In this document: piece after piece, positions 28,953-41,300 of the stretch
How positions within the stretch are numbered: the stretch's first letter is position 1
Layout of the letters: every line of letters begins with the position of its first letter
DNA from: Paragordius varius
Taxonomy: Eukaryota > Animalia > Nematomorpha
DNA: 64,000 nucleotides
Reading direction: 5' to 3'
Assembly (NCBI GenBank): GCA_964247055.1
Contig: OZ176053.1
Span: 7,750,001 to 7,814,000, forward strand
Notes under the pieces: model-generated
Seen by the model: only the letters and a program-made list of their open reading frames with translations
Told to the model about the DNA's origin: nothing
The model's database searches: none
Translations under genes and position numbers: made by a program

Positions 28953-29706
28953 ATGGAAAACAAAAAAGGCAATAATAATAATTTTGCCAAATATCTCCAA
29001 AATTTGTATAATAATGGAGATATCCTTTACCCTGATACTATGTGCACTATAAATAATGAAGGATGTTATCATTGTCATAAACTATTATTGTGTACCTTTT
29101 CTCAATACTTTGATACGCTATTCAAAAGGAAAAATAAGCCAGAAAACCAAAAGCATAAAACAATATTAGAAACACAGGGCAACAAAGGTAATGTGTATCA
29201 ATATATCAATATAGTATCTTTAATAGGTCCAGTATATTCCCCCCTTCATAATGACCCCTGATACCACTTAAAATGACTTTTTTCCACTAATTGGATTATG
29301 TTTATCGTAGACTATTCCTTTCTAAACGAGTTGATCTTCGTAAAAAGTTATAACTTTTTAAAATTGTTTTTTGCTCAAAAATGAGTAGGGTTATTATCAA
29401 GGGGAAACTGTTGTATAGTTTGTGTTAAAAAATTTTATATATGCATTTGGATTAGAAAGTTTAAGACTCAATCAATTTCAACACAACATAAATATCAATG
29501 TGACAGAGTGTCAATGTACAGGGCAAACTTTCCAAAACTTTTTACGATTTTTTTACACCGGATACATTGAAATTCATGAATCAAATGTTAGAGATATTTA
29601 CAATTTAGCCGTTTACCTGGGTGTTGGACTCATTAGACTGGAATGTGAAAAAATACTTCAACATTTGTATAATGAGGCATGTAAAAGGCGATACTCAAAA
29701 ACATAA
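28953..29706 (+). CDS. Small BTB/POZ-only protein (2 exons: 28953-29187, 29456-29706; ~161 aa)
   Basis: YHCHKLLLCTFSQYFDTLF...FQNFLRFFYTGYIEIHESNVRDIYNLAVYLGVGLIRLECEKIL is a BTB signature. A phase-1 GT-AG intron joins the two ORFs in frame. Confidence 0.85.
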
Positions 29707-29752
29707 TATATATTACAATTTATATGTTTAAATAAAATATATGTCATATTTA

Positions 29753-32700
29753 TCAATGGAGATCTTGCGGTGTATTACATGGAATATTAGCAGTGAGGTG
29801 TGCGAATTGCGGAAAGACACCTATAAAATATAAAATAAAACTTATGGTATAACCTTAATTAAAATCGAATAATTATAAAACATGCACCCAAATTACATGT
29901 AACTAACCTAATAAATATTCATTAATCAAATAGACATAATTGATTACTTGCAAATTAAAAAAATTCTGATTTAGCGCAACAATAACAATTTTTACTTTTG
30001 TATTTAACTAAAGCATTTTGAGCTGCGGCCATTTCCGCTTGCTGTTTACTTTTCCCTTGACCGACAGCTAATCGATTTCCTCTGAAATAGACCCCTATTT
30101 CATATCGCCTATAATTGGAAGGGCCAACACATTCCAAGACTCTAATATAAAAAAGAATATAAATAGTTTTTTGTAAAAACAAAAAAATGATTTTACAATG
30201 GAACAATGAAATATATACCTGTAAATTGGTACATCAGGTTCTTTACCATCCATTTTTCTTAAGGTTAAACAGCATTGTTGCAGGAGTGATTTGGGATCAT
30301 TCCAACCCTGACTCTCAATAAAATAATCCAATTTGCCCAAAAAACAAACTTTAAAGATAACGCGACACGTTTCGAATCCTTGGTCAACAAAAAGTGCGCC
30401 TATCAATAATAATTTTAAAGTTAACTTTTTAAATCCATGTATGCTAACAAATTTATAAAATACGATCAATGTACCTAAAAATGCTTCAAGCAAATCAGCC
30501 TTATCTTTAGTTGACAAAAGTATGGGTTTAATATTTGATATTACAAATCGATGAAGGGCTAAATCTTTACACACTTCACTTTGCGTTTGATTATTGACCA
30601 AACAACTACGCAATAACTATATAGAAAAAATATAAATCAAACCTTTTACTGCAAAAAAAATAATTATTTTCAAAATCAAACCGATAAATGTCCTTCGTGA
30701 TGGAATGGGAAATGTTTGTAAAGATAATCAGATGTTATGAGCTGTAGAATCGTGTCCCCAAGAAATTCTAGTCTCTGATTATGGCCGCTATATAAGAGAA
30801 AAAACGTTAAATGCCTTAAAACTTTAATATCCCATAAAAATAAATAAAGACTTATTTTAGCTTACAGTGTTAAATTGGTATATCCCGTATTTCTGAGTGT
30901 AAATGCCCTTGCTAAGATGCGAATATGTTTAAATTTCACCCCAATTTCTTGTTCAAACTGCGTTAATCGACTTAACAGTTCAGATTTTTCAATCCAATGT
31001 CTATCACCGTTTGGTTCACTAATCTAAGATGAGAAATTTATTGGATTCAATATTGAAGGGCCATTTAAAAGATTATCGAACTGCAATGCAATAAAATATA
31101 TTAGTCAATTTTAACTTGTAAGGGGAGGGGTGTAAGCTCCGACCAAACTTTAAAGAGTCTAGGATCTTCACCAAATCCATATAAACATTTGGCTAATAAT
31201 TTATCGGCAACTTCTATCCCTCCATCTAAATAAAGGGCCCCTAATGCACATATTCTTATAAAATTAAATAATAGATTTGTAAATTTAGGGACACGCCAAA
31301 ATTAATGTTAAAAAAATAAGAAAAAATGTCACATACATTCGCATAAAATAAATTTTAAGCTATACATAGGGCTATATAAATGGAGCTTTTAAATATTAGT
31401 ACCCAAAAGTGCTTCAAAAGCGTTGGACATTGCGTGATGCAAATCCGAATCATGACACAAATCAGGTCCATGGGCATAAAGCATATAATCATCGAGGTGG
31501 AGTTTCTGATATAAATGTTTAAAGCAATACAATGTTTTAATTATAATTTATAAAATTTCCACATATGGATAAAAATATAAATAAAGAAAAATAAATTACA
31601 TATATAAATTTTTCCATTCAAAAACATTACCCTATATTTGTATATAATTAAAATGAAAAACAATTTCTTAAATTGCATTTGATCCAAAAATATTGATTCA
31701 AAATGAAAACTGTTAAGTAATATTGTTTTGGAAAATTTTTTCCATACTTGGGCCAATACAGTTAAATGGGCATTTTGGACAAGAGCTCCACGATAAACGG
31801 CTAAACCACCTTCCTCTAAATACGGGAACATGTAGAATAGATGAACGCTCGTCAGAAATTCTACCACAGCATCTCCTAAAAACTCCAACCTTTCATTGTG
31901 ACAAATTTCAACTTTACTGCTGTGATGTTGTTCATTGCCCCAATAATCTATATCGAGAAAAGTCACAAAGTTTTATATATATAGTTATATTGTATCATTC
32001 AATAAATGTATTAAACATAAAAAATTGGTAAATTTTGGAAATTTTAAAATGTTTTTAACTATATACGAGGTTGATGTAACAATTATTATAATTATATAAG
32101 TATCGTTCTCCTATAAATTTGACTATGATATGTTACGGTGGGAAATCAATATGTATTTTTTAAAATGTCATTAGCAAAAATTCAAAGTTGAAAAGTATAT
32201 TTACCAATAGCATTTTTGGTGTCTTCCTTTAGCTTCATTATTTTGTTGAGTGTAACGATACCTATGTTAGATTTATATACATTATATATAATATCAAAGC
32301 AATGCGTAAAAATATTTTAGAATCACAAAAACAAACCCTTTAAATAATACAGCTAACAATAAAAAATATTACCCTCCTACAATGATACCAGGTCCTAATA
32401 CACAATTTATCACAAATTAACAAACTAAAAATAAATTTTAATTGTAATAATACACAGAAATGAAAAACATTCCACAATTATCGTAGTTGCAAAATTTACC
32501 CCTCTTCCTGGAAGAACTAATTTGTCGAATTTTATCGCCATAAACAGGATTTCGTAACCCACAATTTGACATAGTATTTCTAATGTGATCAGGATTTGTT
32601 CCGTAATGGGGTTTGAATGAGGGATGTGTCATAGCTTTCTATACAAATGGGTGTAATTTACTATGAATATAATTCTGATAAAATAAATTTTTGGAGCAAA

Positions 32701-35700
32701 TATATATTTTGCATACTTATAAATTATTTATATGAAAATATATTTTTAGTAATAAAAATGTAAAAAATAAGTCAAAATATTTTTTTGTTAATTAATCTCT
32801 ACAAAAATAATTTATCTAAGCTAAAAATAATTTGTCTGAAGGAAAACTTATGTCAGTTTCTAATTTTGTGAATTATTAATTTTATAATAACTAAAAATGT
32901 TTAAATGCAATAAAAAAGAAATATTATATGGCATAGACCAAAATGTATACAAAATTAACTGCCAAGTATTTTATAAATAAGTTACGCGTAGAAGTGTTAG
33001 GTCTTTAAATTGGTAATCCAAACTTTTCTGTAAACAATTGAGTGAGTGTATAAATCGCATATGAAGACTGATGACTATAAAAAAATAATGATATTAATTA
33101 TTTTAATACTTGGTAGAACCAAAGCTTGTTGTATAAAATCAGTTTTTAGCCCAGTGGCATAATAACCCTCACTACTGATTTCTATCGTACGGTAATGCTG
33201 ATTATTTGAATTTCTAAAGATCAGTATTCATAAAAAATATAAGTTAAAATAATAATAACATTCTCGTAAAATTTATCAAACTAAACTATATCCAATATTT
33301 ACGTTACATAATGGTATCTTTTTCAATAACTAAAAACAAGAGAAATAATTTGAAAAAACATAAATGAAACAAAATTTCAAAAAATCTGATGTCCATATAG
33401 TTTTTCTTAATTGATTTTTTTCTCGGAATGGTAAATATTTTAAAATAATCGGTTACTGTTAAAAAGTTTTAAATGCCATTGTTTAGTTCTTTTCATTTCT
33501 CTCCTGATGATAAGATTCATACTATTTGAATGGATAAAACAAGCTTTCAAAATTAACCTGTCAAATAATTTGTGGGTCGGCTTGTGCTATTCATGAATGT
33601 TAGAACCAAAGTGTGTCCCCTATTTTTGCAACGGTCGTAGATGGCCAAATTTTTCTGTTGTGTTCTTTATCTTTGATAGTTAAAAGGCGTTTGGATTGTC
33701 CAATTATAGTAGACAGGACAATCATTACATTTCTTGTGGTGGACGGAATATTCGTTTTTAAGTTCTCCACGTGGTTTTAACAAAACTTAATAATTGCTTT
33801 GGTGGTTTTTAATAGCACCTACATCGTTTTTTATAATGATTTTAAGATGTGTTGGTGTACGTCATGGCAGATTTTGTTTTTTTCTTGGGTTTATTATATT
33901 GTTTCTTGAATTAGATCTCCAATGTTTTTTATAACCGTGATCAAGCAACATGGTCACAATTTCACATGTTTGAAATGTTGTCGATTACTAAAATATCATC
34001 CACATAACAAGTAGACAGGTTTGGATGGAGTTAAGTTGCTAATTTAGTCTCATGCATACTTTTCCAATTACTAAACTGAGTGGTGAGCCCATTAGAGTTC
34101 CGCAAATTCGATAATAAAAACCATCATTAAACGTAAAATAAGTATTTTGCAGCGCAATATTGGGGTGTAAGTGCACTTCGATGAATATGGTTATAATAAT
34201 TAATGTTATCATTAATTGTTTTGTTTAGCGTCTGAAACACTATTCAGTTGGTATATTTGTATATTGACAATATTAAAGTTTTAAAAAACATTATTAACAA
34301 GATATATGATTAAAACTAACTATAGAGGAGGAAAAACAACCAAATTTTTAGATCTCAAACTTACCCGTAAAAACAATAGTATATCTAGACAAGTCCATTA
34401 AGAACTTTGATTTAACCAATTTTTACCAATTACATTTAACTATCCAATAGCAATTTATAAACCCATCACAAACGCGCTTCTAAAAAAAGGCTTATGTTAC
34501 CAAATGATATAAAGGTACGAACATCTCAAACATCAGAAATTGTGACCATGTCGTTTGATCAGGGTTCAAAAAACATTGGATACTTGATTCAATAAACAAT
34601 ATATTAAACCCAAGAGAGTAGCAAAATCCGCAAGATGTGTGTGCCTGACGTACACCAACACATCTAAAAATATTAAAATCATTATAATAAACGATGTACA
34701 TGTTATTAACCACCAAAGCATTATCGAGTTTGTTAAAACCTCGTCGAGAACTTAAAAACAAATTTCCGTCTACCACAAGATATATAATGATTGTCCTGTC
34801 CATCATATTGGACTATCCAAACGCCCTTTAACTCTTAAGGATAAAGAACACAACAGAAAAATTTGGTCATCTACGACCATTGCAAAAATAAGGGACACAC
34901 TTTCACTCCAACATTCATTATAGCACAAGCTGACCGACAAATTATCCGACAAGTTAATTTTGTAAGCTTGTTTCATCCATTCAAATGGTATGAACCTTAT
35001 CAACAAGAGAGAGGAAGAAAAGAATTAAACAATGACATTACAAACTTCTCAAAAGTAACCGATTATATTAAAATATTTACCATTGCGAAAAAAAATCAAT
35101 TAAGAAGAACCACATGGACATCATATTTTACATTTTTTATTTTATCATATTTTATATTTGTTTTTTGAACTTTTGTTTCAATCATATTTTATCAATTTTA
35201 TTTCTTTTGTTTTTAGTTAATCCATTGAAAAAGATATTATTATGTATCGTAAATTTTGGATATAGTTTGGTATAATAAATTCGAGAATGTTATTATCATT
35301 TATTATAAAAAGTAAAAGGTTATAAAAATTTTAAAAATAATTATATCATGATACTGTTAGTAAAAATTAATTAAAAAAGGTTTAAAACGGGAAAATTTAT
35401 AACAAAATGTATTACGAATTCATATAATCTTCTTTAATTTCTTCCAATTCCCTTTCTTTATCACGCAACTTTTTATGATCTGCCTCGGTTGTAACAGCTT
35501 TTGTGCTTAGGAGGTGTTTTAATTTACAATATTGTTTCCATGTTTTGTGATATCTATTATTATTATGTAAAATTTGATATTATATTATTATCATTATCAA
35601 AGCTATTTATAAAAAAACTATAATAAAGTAGTTTCATTTACTGTGGATGAGATGTATAATTGGTTTGAGTATTGTTAAGTGATATATGTATAATTTTTGG

Positions 35701-38323
35701 GTATGTTTTGAGATTATTAATTGACACATTATTTCCAATCACATCCTCACCAACATAATCCCTATCCAATTGATCTAATCTAATGCTATGCGGTTTCTGA
35801 AAGAATATTTATAAAAAAACCATTATGGAAATTAAGAATACCTCCATATAAAATGGAACAAATGGAAAACTCTAACACGTTTACCTTCTATGGAAGGAGG
35901 AAATAGCGTATTAAGGTGATATATATATATATATAAAATATAAATTAATAAAATATCTATCCCTAGATATTTTCATATAATTTTGAAAATATGATCAACC
36001 TTTAGTGGATTACAAACGATGGTGCCTTTATACGGGCGAACTTTTTGTTCCCATTCTGTAGAATTCATGTGATATAATTCCTCTAGGTTCGATTCCTGAA
36101 ACAATGGTTTCAATTGACGTTCCAAATATTGAAGAATGACTGATGGTGGGAGAAAATCTATCAAAACATAAATTTATTGAAACCATTCATTATTAAAACA
36201 TAAAAAAATGACATATTATAAAAAATCTCTTTCCTAACAAAATAGCCTTTTAATCCACAACTATAAGCTTATTTTTGAAAGGCGGGACTCTGCAATTTAC
36301 TGATTTTTATATATCAAGCATATATTGTGAACACACAACTTTTAACTAAACTATAAGGGTTTGCAGTTAGTTCGTTTTTATGCAAAATTTAATTTATCAG
36401 GTGTTAACTAATTAAATTTTATATACGCTCTATTAGGCTTATAATTATTTCTATAAAGTTCCATCAGTCGAATATGGTAAAAATATAAAAAAACTAAGTG
36501 TTATGAATCCGCAAATACTTAAGATTGAAGAAATTGCTATATAAAATTACCTATGTAACTGTTCTCAATGTGTCCTGAGAATTCATTATTTGATAGATTT
36601 ACGAGAAAATTTAATTTAACATAAAAATTGGTGGATTTTAATAATTTAAAAAACTAAAATTTAAATGTTGCTCTATATCACTTTTTAAATGATAAGGACT
36701 CAGAGAAATACATAATCAAATATTTAATTATATTTTTTCATATTAAAGTTTGATAAAGTAACAATGATGTTTGAGAATGTTGTATATGTTTATAATATAC
36801 TAATGCAAGATTACTCAGTAGTAGAAAGTACAACCAATTTCTTTGAAAGCTTAGTTTGTTAATTTTTGATCATTATTTCAATTATATTAATAGTTGACTT
36901 AACATATAAAAAGTATTTTTTGACATATCCACGATCGATGATGCGGCAAAATGTGTCCCAACTTTATAGAATAAGAAAATAAAATATTTAAATCGATATA
37001 GTTTGATGGAATTATTTTCAAATATTACAAAAGAAAATCAGTGAAATTGTACGCAAAAAATTAAATATTATGTTATTGTTTTAAGGCAATTTAAATTTCG
37101 CATTAGTGATATTTAATACCCTCTATTAATTAGCAACTTCAAAAAATAAATAAATTATTTTTTTGACTATAAAAGACGGTAAACAATGATTTTTCATATA
37201 ATAAATCTGATAAAATATATATAGTAATTATAACTAACCTTTCATATTTTTTTGGGTTTTTAAGCCAGTTAAAATTTATATATCTTAAATAATATTTTTA
37301 GCATTGACCTAAATTTAAAAATATGCTTTTAGCCGGCGTATGATACATTTTTTTTATAAAAATCATCTCAAACCTTTTCGTCGCCATTTTTTGAATAAAT
37401 CGCTAATACAACAGACATATAAATGTATATCATGGTGGAAAAAATTAATTTGGAAAGCTTATAAATTTCAATTTACAAGCTAATTTTTGATTATTGATTT
37501 AAATATCAGCTGCTTCAATCGTGTTTGAGAGCTATCTAAATTAAAAGTTAAAAAACTGTAAAAGTTTCTTTATTAATACAGGAGATGAGGGTTTGATAGT
37601 CAAATTTACCAAAACAACTTTCTAAACAGTAGTAATGAAGTGTTAATGAGCCAAATAAATTAAAAATATATTCCCAATAAAAACGTTTACTAATCATAAA
37701 TATACCATTAGGGTTGTGTCGACAAATAAATTTTGGTAAAAACCAAAAAAACTTTTTGTTTTCATGAGAACTAAGGTAATCATTCCAATCTGGTAGATCA
37801 AGTATGTTATTTATCAAAAACATATTTATCCAATTCAATTCATTTAAACCCTAAAATTATTATTATTTATACTTGTATTAAATTATCTTGCTTAATAATT
37901 GATAGAGAATGGTCAATATTATATCTATTGTAATTGATAGCAAACTATCCATTATTTATTTTATGAAATACTTCTTGTACCGGGATCGGTGAGATAATAT
38001 TAAAACCAACAAATTCATAGGATTTTTGCAGATATGATATGGTAGTTACATCTTTACTCTAACATTAGTTATATAATTAATACATCATAATTAGTTGTTG
38101 GATTAATATGGTATGAATATGTAAAATATTCGGAACCTAAACTATCCTCTTCAATAAAAAATCCATGGTTTATTCCCTTAGATTTTGCAGATATACTGCA
38201 TTTGCAAATAGGACCCTTGCTTAGCTAACATAAATAAAAAAAATTTACTTGATGGGGAATATTGAACTGAAAATTTTTCAAATTATCGCATTCTTTCGCA
38301 AATAATTTTAAAAAATCCTCCAT
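29753..38323 (-). CDS. DROSHA: Drosha (class 2 RNase III), multi-exon
   Basis: GPICKC; MTHPS...[19 protein letters not shown]; RIIIa [18 protein letters not shown] and NAFEALLG; RIIIb NQRLEFLGD and [17 protein letters not shown]; [15 protein letters not shown]; ds[21 protein letters not shown]; ends FPQFAH...DLH*. The start codon at 38323 is inferred. Confidence 0.95.
33270..34230 (-). mobile_element. Penelope-like element relic (RT core + GIY-YIG), left copy of an inverted pair in a Drosha intron
   Basis: Minus strand fragments F.FNDGFY...[17 protein letters not shown]-like and [12 protein letters not shown]. Hammerhead-like 3' end at 33291-33327. Heavily decayed. Confidence 0.75.
34290..35290 (+). 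mobile_element. Penelope-like element relic (RT C-terminus + GIY-YIG), right copy
   Basis: [19 protein letters not shown]; [15 protein letters not shown]; [12 protein letters not shown]. ~34510-35200 is the reverse complement of ~33340-33990. Hammerhead-like motif at 35221-35260. Confidence 0.75.
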
Positions 38324-38363
38324 ACGAATATCATTCGTGGGTTTGGCTCAGGTGTGTTCAAAA
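38324..38363. promoter_or_regulatory. Putative 40-bp bidirectional promoter / 5' UTR region between Drosha and huntingtin
   Basis: Only 40 nt separate the two inferred ATGs. Contains the inverted repeat ACGAAT-atc-ATTCGT (38324-38338). Confidence 0.5.
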
Positions 38364-41300
38364 ATGCCTTCATTAGAAAAATTATTAAAAACTTTAGATT
38401 TATTAAAACCAGGGGATTTAAAAAAGTATTAATAATTTATTATCAGAAAAAAACTGACTGATGAAGAAAAAATTAAAAATTTGCAAATTGTTAGCGATAC
38501 CTTTAATGCAATCCCAAAGTTGATGATTTTTAAAATATTAGATCATATAATCCCACATATTTAACACTTATAAGCAAAATTTGCGAAACATATATAACGT
38601 ATCTTGATGAAAATAACGTTGATATTCGTTTGAAAGTTGAGGACTATTTAATAGTTTTGTTTAAAGTTTACTTTATTCTAAATATAGTCACATATGGACT
38701 TTATTAATAGAATATTGGTTGAAATATTCCGCGAAATAAAGCATAATGGCTCTCTTAAAACCTTAAAATTTTGTTTACTACGATTTGCGATAAGCTTTTA
38801 TCATATTAAACGTGTTAAATATAGGTTTGCATTATCTAAGTTTTAGGGCATACATATTTCACGTATTACCAACATTAAAATCCTTATTAATGAAACAAGA
38901 AGAGGCATTATATGAATCAATATTTGAGTTTGTAAAATTGGTTTTTCCTAAAATTGGGCCGTTTACCACGCAAAACGAAATACAGGTTTTAAATTATAAC
39001 CTATCGTATTTTTTTCACAAAACATTTTATTACTTACACATAATCTTTAAAAGTCGAATTATGACAATTAATAAAAAAAGAGTATAACCAATGATTCAGT
39101 ATAGCAATAGGCATAGTGAAGTGTTTTTTCAAAAATCCACATTTAGAAAACTATTTCTTTATATGGAATAATAAATGCATATTTTAACAAAAATTATTAA
39201 TTAGTTTTATTAATATAACAAAACGGTTATTATAGCTTGATTCTAATGTGCTCTATTATTTTGTTAAAATAAATAAGTACAAAAACGGTGGATAAATTAT
39301 GAAAATATATTTCATTTTTAAAGTTAATAAGATACAAATTTGTGAATTATGTAATCGGAATCACCCTATTAATTGGTCATTATATTATATAATAAATAAA
39401 AATGCATAATTTATCAAAACTTAGTTGTTAGAATACAAAGTGCCAAAAAATTAAAGCTTTCCAATCTGTTAAAATATACGGTTATCATTTGTGAAACATG
39501 AAATTAGATTGGATTTCATTGTTTTTTTAAAGTCATTTTGTCTTTGAGTCATCCAAGAATTACTGACTACTCTTTTTTAAATTTGTCGAGAAATTTCACC
39601 GCCTCAAATTTTTAAATTAATTTTTAGTATATAAATATTAAAATTTTTAACGCAATATATACTTTGCTATACATTGACGTTTTTTTCGAAAGTTCTATTA
39701 AAAATTAATTTTTACGTTTTAACTAGCGTAAATCTTGTTGAAAAAAGGGTTCATTAAAATGACCCATATATGTGGATTATTTCGAAATATTATTTAATAG
39801 CTATGATCTTATAGGATTTTAAAAACGGTGCTTCATATAATTTTTAAAACTGTGCATTCGTATAATTATATTCTTTACTGGTGTATGGCCCCAAATTGAC
39901 GGCTAACGGAAAAAAATCGCTATACTATAATTTTTTTATGGGTATTTTTTAAAGCCTTTATTGAACCCTTATGACTTCTTAAGTTTTTTGAAAATTAGCT
40001 CCAAAACCACGCCATTTTTGTATGGCGTTTCAGTTTTAAACCGGTAAACCTATATGCAAAAAGCGCTTAGTTAATTTTTTTGCCTTTATAGGGAAAATAT
40101 TTGGAATCATCCTTGATACCATCTTCTCATGGGTTATTCGAAAAAATGCCTTAAAACTAAATAATCGTTATATGATGTCGTATTTTATAGCATAAAGGTC
40201 CCAAATTAACGCCTAATAAAAAACGCATGACCTTAATTTTTGCATTTTTACGGGTAATATTTCAGGCCCTTATAAAACATATATCGCCTGATAAGTTTTC
40301 TGAAAATTAACTTCTAAACAACGCAATTTCGAAATGGTGGCGCAGTTTTAGGCGGGTAGCTCCCTACCCAGAGACTGATCCAGAAAAAGCGCTTGAATAA
40401 AAGTTTTGCCTTTTTAGGGAGAATATCTGGAATCAAGATTGATTCCATATGCACTCATTAGTTTTTGGAAAAATTGCATCAAAACTAAACAATCATTTTA
40501 TGGTGGTGCATTTTACGGGGGGAAGGCCTAATTAACGGCTAATTTCAAAACACCGCACGACCTAAATTTTTGCCTTGTTACAGGTAATATTTTAAGCAGC
40601 TATTGAACTTATATGGCCTGATAGGTTTTCTGAAATCTAGCCCCAAAGACACGCTATTTCGTTATGACGGGTCAGTTATTAGCGGGTAGCTCCTTACACG
40701 GCAGCCAATATAACAGAAACGCTTAACTAAAATTTTTGCCTTTTAACAGGAAATACCTGGAATCCTTATTGAATTTTTACGGTCTCATACTTTGGGCTAA
40801 AAATAGAAATTTTTTTGATAAAAATGGCATTTTACGCGGGGAGCGGGTAAAAAGAGGGCCTAAATAAAAAAAGCGAGCCGACCATGTTCGGCGCAATCGA
40901 AATAAGTTTAAAAAATTATATTTGAAATTGAATGGTCCAACACGTTCTCCGGAAAATTGTCTCAAAGACACGATTTTTGTGTACTTCTCTTTTCAAAAAA
41001 AACCCGTTTTTTACACGAGGTGGGCCCGAACTGGGGAATTCAAAAAAAGGGCGAAACTATTGTCGGGGTATTCCTTAATGATTATATTTTTTCAATATTT
41101 GGATTTGAATGGGTTTATCGGTTTTCCGGAAACAGATCACAAAACCACCACTTTCCATTTTTATAAATAAATAGATTTTAATTTCATATGTATTGAATAG
41201 CGCAAAAAACGTAAATTGGTTTTAGTAAAATTTAATTCGATTTTGTCTCCCTTTGTCTATATGTAGCTGTTTATAAACACATATCAAAAAGCATTTTTTA

